Source: Eledone cirrhosa (lineage: Eukaryota). Taken from it: 64,000 nucleotides of DNA. The translations under genes were made by a program, and so were the position numbers. Of the stretch, positions 13,166 through 26,767 are shown piece after piece. The notes under the pieces were generated by a model, which was not told the origin of the DNA, did no database searches, and worked only from the letters and a program-made list of their open reading frames with translations. The DNA lies in NCBI GenBank assembly GCA_964016885.1, contig OZ024742.1, forward strand, positions 225,556,001 through 225,620,000. The letters are read 5' to 3'. Positions within the stretch are counted from its first letter, which is position 1; every line of letters starts with the position of its first letter.

Positions 13166-13210
13166 AATATTGCTGATGAGTTGTAACAACAACGAAACTA
13201 GTTCAATATT
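13166..13210 (+). ncRNA. type I minimal hammerhead ribozyme
   Basis: Intact core; 7-bp helix I extended via ATTCTCCAGAAAG/CTTTCTGGAGAAT. Confidence 0.85.
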
Positions 13211-13631
13211 CCTTGTCTGGCTTTCTGGAGAATAGAGGAATGGTGTTTCCTCAAAAACCAGTATGACTCTAAAAACCGGTTTGTCTGTGTGTTTACATAC
13301 AGAATAGCTGGATACTCACAGTAAAGTAACCAGTGAAAGACTTGGTACATCTACATATGTATACGTGTGTGTATTCATATGCATACTAGTATTTCAGTAT
13401 ACATATATGGATGTACATTTTTAACTTAATTGTTTAAGCGTCAGTCATACAAAAGTGAGTTACAAACGAAACGAAATTTAATTTCGTTTCGTTATTTGTT
13501 TTTATCGTCTCCGTTGAACCGGTACGTACTCACACTCTATGCAAATTAGTCTGCCTACTACTAATTTTCATAGAAAAAGCATATAACGATATGTGCTTTT
13601 ACGATTCTCCAGAAAGGCCGGTAGATAGGTA

Positions 13632-13676
13632 AATATTGCTGATGAGTTGTAACAACAACGAAACTAGTTCAATATT
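13632..13676 (+). ncRNA. type I minimal hammerhead ribozyme
   Basis: Identical to 13166-13210. Confidence 0.85.
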
Positions 13677-13891
13677 CCTTGTCTGGCTTTCTGGAGAATA
13701 GAGGAAAGGTGTTTCCTCAAAATCCAGTATGACTCTAAAAACCGGTTTGTCTGTGTGTTTACATACAGAATAGCTGGATACTCACAGTAAAGTAACCAGT
13801 GAAAGACTTGGTACATCTACATATGTATACGTGTGTGTATTCATATGCATACTAGTATTTCAGTATACATATATGGATGTACATTTTTAAC

Positions 13892-13940
<49 letters not shown>

Positions 13941-13956
13941 CGTATATATATATATG

Positions 13957-13989
<33 letters not shown>

Positions 13990-14057
13990 GTATATATATA
14001 TATATATATATATATACGTATATATATATATATATTCGTATATATATATATATATAC

Positions 14058-14191
<134 letters not shown>

Positions 14192-14215
14192 GTATATATA
14201 TATATATATATATAC

Positions 14216-14251
<36 letters not shown>

Positions 14252-14363
14252 GTATATATATATATACGTATATATATATATATATATATATATACGTATA
14301 TATATATATATATATACGTATATATATATATATATATACGTATATATATATATATATATATAC

Positions 14364-14453
<90 letters not shown>

Positions 14454-14523
14454 GTATATATATATATATATATACGTATATATATATATATATATATACG
14501 TATATATATATATATATATATAC

Positions 14524-14567
<44 letters not shown>

Positions 14568-14607
14568 GTATATATATATATATATACGTATATATATATA
14601 TATATAC

Positions 14608-14658
<51 letters not shown>

Positions 14659-14694
14659 GATATATATGTATGTATATATATATAGATATGTATG

Positions 14695-14725
<31 letters not shown>

Positions 14726-14828
14726 ATATATATATAGAGATATGTATGTATATATATATATATACGTATATATATATATATATATATAGATAGATATATA
14801 TGTATGTATATATATATATATATATATG

Positions 14829-14899
<71 letters not shown>

Positions 14900-14947
14900 G
14901 TATGTATAGAGATTACAGTAATCAAAGTTCAGTTTAAGTCATTTATT

Positions 14948-14994
14948 TGCTTACAATTGTTTCCTCCAAACCGAGGTTTGGATTCTTCGGAGCA
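14948..14994 (-). ncRNA. minimal hammerhead (U4C variant) in Penelope-type remnant 14910-15150
   Basis: TGCT-CCGAAGA-A-TCCAAACC(TC)GGTTTGGA-G-GAAA-CAATTGTA^AGCA followed by AATAAA. Confidence 0.65.
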
Positions 14995-15177
14995 GCTATT
15001 TATAACATACTTGACCTCCTTTTCAACCCAAGAGACACATAAAACATATGCGCATATTGATCAACAGTGGGGTGACATTCATCAAATGAAACAGCATGGC
15101 AATTTACATATAAAGTGTTACATGATAAAAATAAAATAAAATAAAAGCAAGTATGTATGTATAGATATATATGTATG

Positions 15178-15244
<67 letters not shown>

Positions 15245-15271
15245 GTATGTATGTATAGATATATATGTATG

Positions 15272-15302
<31 letters not shown>

Positions 15303-15329
15303 GTATGTATGTATAGATATATATGTATG

Positions 15330-15382
<53 letters not shown>

Positions 15383-15463
15383 GTATGTATGTATATATAT
15401 ATATGTATATATATATATATGTATGTATGTATGTATATATATATATGTATGTATGTATATATA

Positions 15464-15494
<31 letters not shown>

Positions 15495-15501
15495 GTATCA
15501 T

Positions 15502-15735
15502 CACTGTAAAGTGGACTGTAAAGTGGACGTGTAGGCGCCACGAAAAAGCACCCAGCACTCACTGTAAATGAGGTTGGTGTTAGGAAGGGCATCCAGCTGT
15601 AGAAATCAAGCCAGATCAGTTCCTGTATGAGCAAGGCATGGTCAGCCGACCAGACACTGCCCACAACAGGACAACCCGTCTAACCCATGCTAGCGTGGAA
15701 GAACGGACGTAAAACGGTGATGATGATGATGATGA
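15502..15735 (+). mobile_element. RTE variant C 3'UTR fragment
   Basis: Matches 9500-9723. Confidence 0.85.
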
Positions 15736-16131
15736 TCATCATCATATTATGTCTGCTCTTCCCTGCTTGGAAGGGTGGGACGGGTCTTATTCAGCACAGC
15801 ATCACTCCATTCGTCACGGTCCTTCGTCATCTTCACCATGAGTTTCAGCGATCTGAGGTCTGTTCTCACTACCTCCGCCCATGTTTTTCGTGGTCTACCT
15901 CAACCACGTATCCCTGTTCATCTACTGCATACATATTTCTCCCTGCCTGTTAGTTTGCCTGCTATCCTGCTACATCTCTTGTGTACCCAGGATCTGCATT
16001 GTGTGCATTTTATAGAATTTATGCCAGTTCCTTTTCTGCATTTCCAACATGGCCATTTCCCTGACGGAATCAGAGTTTTGTTCTCTTTTCTACTCATCAA
16101 CACTTTTGTCTTAGCTAGGTTCTCTCTCAGT
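15736..16131 (-). mobile_element. RTE variant A fragment with internal deletion
   Basis: PHD-finger segment joined at about 15910 to the GRPRKTW C-terminus and tail; homologous to 16638-17530. Confidence 0.8.
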
Positions 16132-16160
16132 CAGAAGAAGAAGACAAGGAACACGAAGAA

Positions 16161-16200
<40 letters not shown>

Positions 16201-16203
<3 letters not shown>

Positions 16204-16627
16204 TCATCATCATCATCGTTTAACGTCCGTGTTCCACGCTTGCATGGGTTTGGACGGGGGTTTTCCCACTTGAGGCAAGAGTGATTGTCTTGCTCGCATA
16301 GGACTGTCTGGCAGGTTTTCTACAGTTGGATGCCCTTCCTAACACCAACCACATTTACAGTGTGGGTCTGGGAGGTTTTTACCGTGTTGCCTACACGGCC
16401 ACATTACAGCGTGGACTGTGTGTTTTTTTGTCGTGACACCTACACGATCCCATTTGTTTTGGCCTGGATGGTGTGGCACCAACATAACTTTACATAGAAG
16501 GGGGCGGTGTGGATGGGGTGGGGGTGGTGGGACGGGGGTGTATTTTGTTAGAGATGCCTACTGACTGTAGTAGGTTTTACTATGTATTTAGGTAAGGCGG
16601 GTCTTCTCTATTACTGAGTACCGCCAA
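16201..16627 (-). mobile_element. RTE variant B 3' end
   Basis: Reverse complement matches 27815-28221. Confidence 0.85.
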
Positions 16628-16637
16628 ATATATATAT

Positions 16638-18720
16638 CATCATCATCATCATCATTTTACGTCCGCTTTTCCCTGCTTGCAAGGGTGGGATAGGTCTTAT
16701 TCAACGCAGCATCTCTCCACTTATCACGGTCCTTCATTATCTCCACCATGAGCTTCAGCGATCTGAGGTCTGTTCTCACCACCTCCGCCCATATTTTTCG
16801 TGGTCTACCTCTACCACGTCTTCCTTCAACTGGCATTTCCTGGCACTTCTTCACCCATCGGTCACCCTCCATGCGCATCACATGTCCATACCACCACAGT
16901 CTCCTCTCTTGCACACTACATTCTATCCCTCTCAGACACAGTTTCTCTCTCAACACATCCATGCTGGGTCGTTCACGCACATTGACACTGCACATACAAC
17001 GGAGTATGTTTGCCTCATTTCTCTCCAGCCATCGCATATCCTCTGCAGTTACTGCCCATGTCTCACTACCACGCAGCATCGCGCTGCTCACACAGGCATC
17101 ATATAACCGGCCTTTCGTACGCAGGGAGAAATCCTTCTTCGTCAGCAGAGGAAGCCACTCCCGAAACTTCTTCCAACCCGTCCTTATTCTAGATACACCC
17201 CCTCCCATGCTAATCTGATCTCCTAGGTACCGGAAGCTATCCACCACTTCTATAGCACCTGCCTGCATTTGAAAAATGTGTCTATCAATGCGACTTCTAC
17301 TGTCTAATTTCCTTGTACATCTACTGCATACGTATTTCTCCCTACCTGTTAGTTTGCCTGCTATCCCGCTACATCTCTTGTGTACCCAGGATTTGCATTG
17401 TGTGCATTTTATAGAATTTATGCCAGTTCCTTTTCTGCATATCCAACATGGCCATTTCCCTGACGGAATCGGAGTTTTGTCCTCTTTTCTACTCATCAAC
17501 ACTTTTGTCTTAGCTAGGTTCACTCTCAGTCCTCTTGCTTCCAACTGTTGTTTCCATAGCCAGAATGTATTCTCTAGTTCCTCTACTGATTCTGCTATAA
17601 GAACCAGATCGTCAGCATAGAGAAGTTCCCATGGACAGCCAGTCTTAAACTCCTCTGTTATGGCTTGAAGGACTATAATTGTTTCTACTTTAGGCACAAG
17701 GCCAGCAATTACCCAGTGCATTACTGGTACTTTATTTTATCGACCCCGTAAGGATGAAAGGCAAAGTCAACCTCGGCGGGATTTGAACTCAGATCGTAAA
17801 GGGACGTAACTATGCTGGAAAGCATGGCGTCCGACCCTCTACCGATACTGCTAATCCACCGCCTTGAAGGACTATAATGAACATGAGCGGGCTGAGGACC
17901 GAACCTTGATGTACTCCTACTTGTATCTGGAATTCCTCACTAAACTCCATTCCTACTCTGACTTTACTGACAGCACCTCTGTACAAAGTTTGCACTATCC
18001 TCACAAGCCATTCCTCAACACCTAGTTTCCTTAGGGACCACCAGATGACAGATCGGGGTACCCTATCAAAGGCCTTCTCTAGGTCAACAAAGGCTAAGTA
18101 TAGTGGCTTATTCTTCTCTAAGAACCTCTCTTGTAATTGTCTCACCAGAAGAGGGCATCTGTTGTACTTTTCCCAGGCACAAAACCAAACTGCATCTCAT
18201 CCAGTTTGACCCTTTCTCTAATTAGTTGTGCTAATATCCTTTCTGCCACTTTCATAACCCGATCCATCAGTTTTATACCCCTATAATTGCTCCTCTCCAG
18301 AGCATCGCCTTTACCTTTGTAAAAATTTATGAGAATACTGCTGCACCAGTCTTTGGCCACCACCATATATAGCTCGATTGATGATGCATGCAACCAGTTT
18401 AGTGCTTACGTCCCCTGATGCCTTCAGCATCTCAGCAACTATCCCCGATGGTCCAGCAACCTTAACATTCTTCATTTCCTTAATCGCCTCTTGGACCCTA
18501 TATTCCTCAATCTCAATAGCTGGTCCCTCTGTCATATCTACTGAGGGTAATTTCTCTCTCTCCCATTCGTTCTCCACATTCATCAGTCTCTTATAATGAC
18601 ATTTCCAGGCCTCCTTTTTCTGATCATTCGTGACACTAAGTACACCGGCATCATTCTGGACGCATCTCCAACAACATCCTGATTTGCATTGACACACTGC
18701 CTTGCAATGTGGAACACCGC
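16638..18720 (-). mobile_element. 5'-truncated RTE LINE, variant A, frameshifted and interrupted by a SINE
   Basis: RT motifs spread over ORFs 18311-18781, 18142-18393, 17810-18145 and 16657-17721; ORF ends [13 protein letters not shown] immediately followed by (ATG)n. Confidence 0.9.
17680..17863 (-). mobile_element. tRNA-derived Meta-type SINE with 15-bp TSD
   Basis: B box GAGTTCAAATC; GCCTTTCATCCTTACGGGGTCGATAAAATAAAGTACCAG; TSD TTGAAGGACTATAAT at 17665-17679 and 17864-17878. Confidence 0.85.
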
Positions 18721-18797
18721 ACATATATATATATGTATATATATATATGTTTATATATATGTACATATATCTATATATCAATGATGATGATGATATA

Positions 18798-18863
<66 letters not shown>

Positions 18864-18897
18864 CATACATATGTACATATATATATATATCTATATA

Positions 18898-20334
18898 TCT
18901 ATACATATATATAAAACTGAAATTGTCTGTGTGTGTGTGTGTCCTAATTTTTGCAAAGTCTATACAAATCCACATTTCTACTCCAATTGACTTCAAACTT
19001 GCATTGATATATTCCTTGCAGTCTAAAGATATTAAATGCAGCTTTTATTTTTCAATTTTCTGTTGTTAAAGGGGTGTTAGGAGCCGGTTATCAATCTCTC
19101 TCGCTCTTTCTTAGTCTGTCTTTTTAGATAGATACATAACTATAACGTCGCGCCCTTATAATTTCTGTCTCTATGTCTGGCTGTCTGCATTACGACATTA
19201 AGACAATAATTGTTCTCATTGCTGATGTATTATCTTCGCTATTTTCCGTCATTGCCAGGGAACATCTTCACGAACCAAAGTATCATCTTCCTGTTTTCCT
19301 TCGGTTGCAACGTTTTTCGAAATATTTACTTCTGTGTTCACAGATTGATTTTTTTAGTTTCAGAAGGCCCCGTTAAGGGTGAAAGCAGCGATTCTTTGCT
19401 TAAACTTTAATTTGTTATTTTAATATATATATATATATATATATAATTATATATTCGTGTACAGATATTTTTGCATACACAAAAACAAAATATAAACAAA
19501 CTTATTTATTTCACGAAAGCACAGACGGCTTATCGTCATTGTTACTGCTGATATGCCACCCAAAAGTCCCACTATTTTGGGGGCACAAGGCTAGCAATTG
19601 CATAGTCAATGGTTCGGAAATCAGATGCATCACTGATGAGTTTACTCCTTACTCTACCGGTTAGTCTTAGTGTACTTCGTCCTGCTTTTAGGTCATGCCT
19701 CGAAGGAAGAGATACTCCATTGGCCGAAATACTGTGAAAGCGGGATGAAAATGGACAAGGCGTGCAAACGAATCGTCAGTGGAATCTGCTATTCGATGGT
19801 CGCAAGATGCTGAACATACTGCTACCAGAAGAGCACTTGAAACAGACAACCAACGAACCATTTGCAGAACGGTGTCAGCTTTGCAATGTCTATCAACAAA
19901 TCCCAGGGTCAGACCCTAGCTGTTGCTGGTCTTCTTTTGGAAGAGTCATGTTTTTCACACGGGCAACTATATGTTGGCTGCTGAAGAGTGGGGAGCAAGA
20001 CAAATCTCTTTGCATATGCCTGACATGGAAGAACAAGGAACATTGTGTACAAGTAGGTGATACAATCGTTGTTTAGCTAGACGATGTAGAAGGGGATATA
20101 CAAGATTGAAGAAGGACGAGACTATGTTAGTAGTACGACCAACGGCTGCTATCACACCAACAGCAGCAACAACAATAACAAAAAAGAGAGGGAAAATTAT
20201 TTGCCTAAGCAAAATATGTAGACACCATCACCAGGCCGAGGTATTCTGTACTTCTCTGTACTGTTTCAGAAAGGAGGGATAAACATGTCAATCTATGTTT
20301 AGAAGCCCGAGCAACGCCAGGGCCATTCTGCTAG
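18898..20334 (+). mobile_element. internally deleted Helitron
   Basis: A|TC 5' end; 3' hairpin GCCCGAGCAACGCCAGGGC then CTAG|T; RepHel-like N-terminus MPRRKRYSIGRNT (19695) fused to Pif1 motifs FAMSINKSQGQTL...CFSHGQLYVGC...TRNIVY (about 19875-20055). Confidence 0.85.
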
Positions 20335-20356
20335 TATATATATATATATATGTATA

Positions 20357-20622
20357 TCATCATCATCATCATCGTTTAACGTCCATCTTCCACGCTAGCA
20401 TGGATTTGGATGGGAATTTTCCCACTTGAGGCAAGATTGGTTGTCTTGCTCGTATAGGACTGTCTGGCGGGTTTTCTACGGCTGGATGCCCTTCCTAACA
20501 CCAACCACGTTTACAGTGTGGACTGGGAGGTTTTTACCGTGTTACCTACACGGCCACATTACAGCATGGACTGTGTTTTTTTTTCTCGTGACGCCTACAC
20601 GACCTCATTTATTTAGGACTGG
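20357..20622 (-). mobile_element. RTE variant B-type 3'UTR fragment
   Basis: Homology to 32652-32920. Confidence 0.8.
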
Positions 20623-20755
20623 TATATATGTATATATTCAACAGTAATACTATACTAGACAGACGAAATACTATACTACCAAGCGAAACTAGGTATATCT
20701 GGATGCCGTAGAACATGCCAATGGTAACCGAGCACAAGCCGGATGGGCCAGATAG

Positions 20756-20959
<204 letters not shown>

Positions 20960-20987
20960 TGTATATTATATATAATATATATATATG

Positions 20988-21089
<102 letters not shown>

Positions 21090-21111
21090 GTATATATAAA
21101 ATATATTAATA

Positions 21112-21358
<247 letters not shown>

Positions 21359-21365
21359 GTATATG

Positions 21366-21564
<199 letters not shown>

Positions 21565-21584
21565 GTATATATATATATATGTAC

Positions 21585-22300
21585 ATTATGAAGAGAGAAG
21601 AAACATTTAGATATAATTAGTAATAAAATGTATCATACCTAAACTGCCTCTAAATTCCTCGACTACGTAGTTTCGTGGCATAAACAAAAACAATATATCA
21701 AAGATATAGAGTCCTTGCGAGGTCTGCCGACTTATCAAGAGGATACTTCATTTTACTAGTCTCAAGAACGCGTCTACACGACGTGAGAAAGAATCCCAAA
21801 AGGCGGAGGGGGAGATAGTCACGCGATATAACGGTCGAGAAACAGAGCTAAGCCTCTTATAACCACGAAGAAAATACCACGGAGGCGGAGGGGGTATTCA
21901 TATCGAGGCCGTAGAAGAGGTAGTGAAGAAGGCGAGAAGTATGAGTAATGGAAGCTTTCCAGTTGTCCCCACACTTCAAAGATTGCTCGACCAGAGGGAG
22001 TTATTAATATATTTAGAAACACACAGATACATGCGGACACACACATATATACATGAATGCATCCGCACCCAACTGTGAGTTAAGGGTGCCAACTTCACCG
22101 ATGTTGCTCAATGAATGACTGGGACAGACCAATTCAGTTTGAACCAGACTGAAACTCTGATACTGGTTCAGTCTGAAACTCTGATACTGGTTCATTGAGC
22201 AACATCGGTGAAGTTGGCACCCTTAACTCACAGTTGGGTGCGGATGCATTCATGTATATATGTGTGTGTCCGCATGTATCTGTGTGTTTCTAAATATATT
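21585..22300 (-). mobile_element. Penelope-type non-coding remnant with about 109-bp inverted arms (22006-22114 / 22191-22300) and a decayed hammerhead (21657-21742)
   Basis: Perfect inverted repeat; CCTC-TTGATAA-GTCGGCA...TGCCAC-GAAA-CTACGTAG-TC^GAGG on the minus strand. Confidence 0.55.
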
Positions 22301-22355
22301 ATATATATATATATATATGTATATATATGTATATATATATATATATGTGTATATA

Positions 22356-22389
<34 letters not shown>

Positions 22390-22453
22390 GCTGTCCAAAC
22401 CCATGCAAGCGTGGAAGATGGACGTTAAACGACGATGATGATGATGATGATGA

Positions 22454-22493
<40 letters not shown>

Positions 22494-22524
22494 ATATATA
22501 TATTTATATATATATATATATATA

Positions 22525-22887
22525 TCATCACCATCATCATCATTTTACATCCACTTTTCCCTGCTTGCAAGGGTTGGACGGGAACTGATTCTGGCTTGAT
22601 TTCTACAGCTGGATGCCCTTCCTAACACCAACCTCATTTACAGTGAGTGGTGGGTGCTTTTTAACCGTGGCACCTCCACGAGCACTTTGCAGTGGTGAAA
22701 TGAGCACTTTGAAATGAGGTGATAGGGACTGGGGTCCCTATCACCTCATTTCTACAGCTGAGTAAACTGGAGCAATGTGAAATAAAGTGTCTTGCTCAAA
22801 GAAACAACACATCACCTGGCCTGAGAATTGAACTCACAACCTTTCGATTTCAAGGCCAATGCTCTAACCACTAAGCCATGTGCCTCC
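22525..22887 (-). mobile_element. tRNA-CORE-RTE SINE
   Basis: Reverse complement homologous to 518-860. Confidence 0.85.
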
Positions 22888-22976
22888 ATCCATATATATA
22901 TATATATATATATATGTATATGTATATATGTATATATATATATATGTACATGTACACACATATATCTGTGTGTGTG

Positions 22977-23115
<139 letters not shown>

Positions 23116-23639
23116 GAAAACGAAAAATCAGTGGTGCATCTGAACTCAATTTATTGTGTTACAACTGTTTCGCCGGCGGACAGCTTGGCGAAACAATTGT
23201 AACACACAATATACTATTATATCTCCACAGTTAATTCATTCGGTCCTCAATGTTTACCATTGACTGACCAACGGTAAAAAATACAGATATAATATAGATA
23301 TAAACACATATATATAGTCTATCAAAGTTCTTTTGTTGCACATCTGCAACATCATCAGTGGTGCTATTATGTTCCTCCTGTTGTATTGTATATCTATGCT
23401 ATTTTTATTTTGTCTGTTTATTTATTTATTTATTTTTGTCTTCTGCTCAGCGCATGCGTCTGCATGTGTGTATAGTGTTTGGTGTGTGTTCGCGTTTGGG
23501 TGACTGCATTTCGGTTATTATATTCTATCTTAGTTTACTAGTGTGTGTTTATATGTGTTTGTTGTTATTGTGCTTGTGTATATATTTATTTATTTATTTA
23601 TTTATTTGTATTTCTCTTAAGTCAGTATTGTTTGTTTGG

Positions 23640-25520
23640 GTGTTGTTGTTATTCCATTCATTTTTTCTGTTTAGCTTTGGCCTTCTAAGCTCTATTTCGC
23701 TTGCCTCGCTGATTTGCCTATCTGCTGGGTTATTTCTATGTTTAGATATTATTTTAATTTCTATGTTGTCTATGTTACCATCATGTTGTTGTCTGGCGTG
23801 TTCGTATAGTACTGAACCATTTTTTTGTCCTTTTAGTTCCCCCCAGTGTTGGTCTGCCTTTCACCTATGCTACGCCTATGTATGTTGTCATGTTTCTGCA
23901 AGTACCCTCTGTACATCTTATGCTATAGACTATGTTTCTAGTTTTACAGTTTATCTGGGGGTTTACTTTAAATAACACGTTTCCTATTAGTACAGTGGGT
24001 TTTCTTAAAAGGGTATGTTTTGCTGATTAGAGATTTTATGGTAGTTCCTGGCTTTTCTACCACTTTAATCTTTAAGTGGGTCTTTCTCAGGGCCTTTCTA
24101 CACTGGTTAGCTAATTTCCCTCCAGGGGTAGCATCCATGAACATGACACTCTGGTATCTCTGGTTGTCGTACCATGAGGTGGCTCTACCTATCTTATGTT
24201 TAGTCCTATCTAATCTATTCCATGATTTTCTCCTGTATAATGGGCAAATTCCTTTCATGTCCAGTTCTATGAGGGTCTTATACTTCTCCGTGGCTCCTTT
24301 GTATACTCTGATTCTGTCTCTTTGGTTGCAGCCAGAGAACTGCATGCGGTTGAGGAAGTGTTGGATGTGTCTTTCCATTTCTGTTGGGTCGCACATGCTA
24401 GACACGTTCTTCATCACTCGTACCAAGTCTGCGATCAGAATATTAAACTTAGCACTAATGGACATTGCTGAGTTTTTGAGTATCAGGTATTTGGAGGCCA
24501 TGGGTTTAGCGTAGTGTGAGTGGAGAATTTGGGCTCTTTCGTCTATAGTGTTAGTCCAGAGTTCCGTGTCTAATACAGGTAGTCTATTGTTAGGGTGTTT
24601 GGAAGGGTAGTCGATAGTTACAGTTATACTCTGGTGTATGGAATTATCTATCTGCTGGATGCTTTCCATTGTGCTACATTCTAAATCATACTTGTTAGTA
24701 CTCTCTTGTGGGGATGTCCTTATTACTATATCAATGTCGTCTACGTAATGAGAGTACATGATGAGGTCTATGGAGCACTCATCAAGATCTTTGAGTCTCC
24801 TTTCCACCATGCCATAAAAAGGTTGGCAACATCACCAGCTATGCTGACACCAATGGCTGCTCCCTCATTTTGGGTGTAGATCTTTTCGTTGAATTTGAAT
24901 ATGTGGCCTTTTAGGGTAGTTCTAATACTAGCCCCTATTGCCTGCGCAACCATTTTTCTTACCTGATCATTGTTTTTGGGGGTCCGTATGGCTTTGGTCC
25001 ACCCAATCCACCTTCCCATGGGAGTCTTTTTTGCCATTGAGGTGGCAGAAACTAAGGCCATGGCTGTCTAGGTAGTCGGTGTCATAGGTAAGTTTAAGTA
25101 GGAGGCTCAGTTCATCCGTGTTGACGTCGCAGAACTCCACCTCACTTTCACTGATCAGCTCCACACATTTTTCCACAGCAAAATCAATGTTAATGTATGG
25201 GTACAGTGACACCACATCCATACTGCCTATTATGCAGTTAGATAGGTTTTTATTTTTGTTGCATTCATTGATTCTGCTGAGGAGGTCCTCTGTACTATAA
25301 CATACATCTGTGGACATCTTGATTATGGGGCGTATGACCATTGAGAGGAAGTAGAAGATCCTGTAGTTGCTAGCGATATTGGTTCCGCATACAGGTCTTG
25401 TTGGTGGTTCTGTTGTCGGGTCATCGACTGTCTTATGGTCTTTGCGGAGCCCATACAAGGGTGGTATGTCATTGTTAGACGCCTGGAAGTTGTTGGCAGT
25501 GCGTCTGCTTGGCTTTAGGA
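23640..25520 (-). pseudogene. Penelope-like element ORF remnant (RT + GIY-YIG), frameshifted
   Basis: PPLYGLRKDHK, SMDVVSLYP, YVDD, LPVLD, HYAKPMAS; C-terminal NIVYSIRC..C...YIG...RQISEA...LNRKNEW at about 23650-23945. Confidence 0.85.
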
Positions 25521-25766
25521 TGTACATATATATATATATATATATATAAATCAGGAAAGAAGATTGACATGGTTTGCTATACAAAAAAGGTTTTTAATCT
25601 CATTGCTGACAATTGTTTCTCTGAACTGGTAGGTCTAGAGATCGCTATTCACTTGTTTTCACGTTATATGTTTATATATATGTATATAAACATATATATG
25701 TACACACATATATATATGTGTATGTATATATATATGTACACACATATATATATGTGTATGTATATA

Positions 25767-25829
<63 letters not shown>

Positions 25830-25883
25830 GTATATATATATATGAATATATATATATACATATATGTATATGTATATATATAT

Positions 25884-26217
25884 GGAGGCACATGGCTTAG
25901 TGGTTAGAGCATTGGCAATCGAAAGGTTGTGAGTTCAATTCTCAGACCGGGTGATGTGTTGTTTCATTGAGCAAGACACTTTATTTCACATTGCTCCAGT
26001 TTACTCAGCTGTAGAAATGAGATGATAGGACTGGGGTCCCTATCATTCCACTGCAAAGTGGTCGTGGAGGTGCCACGGCAAAAAACACCCAGCACTCACT
26101 GTAAATGAGGTTGGTGTTAGGAAGGGCATCCAGCTGTAGAAATCAAGCCAGCATCAGTTCCTGTCCCACCCTTGCAAGCAGGGAAATAGCGGACGTAAAA
26201 TGAAATGATGATGATGA
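25884..26217 (+). mobile_element. tRNA-CORE-RTE SINE
   Basis: Near-identical to 6611-6953 apart from small indels. Confidence 0.85.
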
Positions 26218-26221
26218 TATG

Positions 26222-26258
<37 letters not shown>

Positions 26259-26259
26259 G

Positions 26260-26290
<31 letters not shown>

Positions 26291-26353
26291 GTATATATAT
26301 ATATGTATATATATATATATGTATATGTATATATATGTATATATATATGTATG

Positions 26354-26384
<31 letters not shown>

Positions 26385-26447
26385 GTATATATATGTATAT
26401 ATATATGTATGTATATATATATGTATGTATGTATATATATATGTATG

Positions 26448-26484
<37 letters not shown>

Positions 26485-26767
26485 ATGTATGTATATATGT
26501 ATGTATGTATATTATTATTAATTAATTAATTCTATCGTGCAATGCCTGTGCGTGAAGATATTTTTAAAGTGAGGAAAGACTGTGCACTGAGCCAATCCCA
26601 TTCTCTGAGCAACAGTAGCTATAACCCGAAAAGAAGAAAAGATCAACATCATCGGTAACTACTGAGCTGCAGGGTTTATATCGGAGTTATCCCAATTTCC
26701 TGAGTTGCCTTCTAGAAGAATGCCCTAACAAAGCGTGCGGTACATATGTATATACATATTTACATAC

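Larger units (their letters stand above)
12198..13897. mobile_element. 466-bp hammerhead tandem array (about 2.6 units on +, 12704-13897; about 1.1 units on -, 12198-12706)
   Basis: CTGATGA at 12707, 13173 and 13639 (spacing 466); units nearly identical; no ORF of 60 aa or more inside the unit. Confidence 0.85.

Noticed and set aside
12198-13897. CRISPR-like or ordinary satellite interpretation
   Set aside because: Whole units repeat with no unique spacers; eukaryotic context; ribozyme and inversion point to a retroelement
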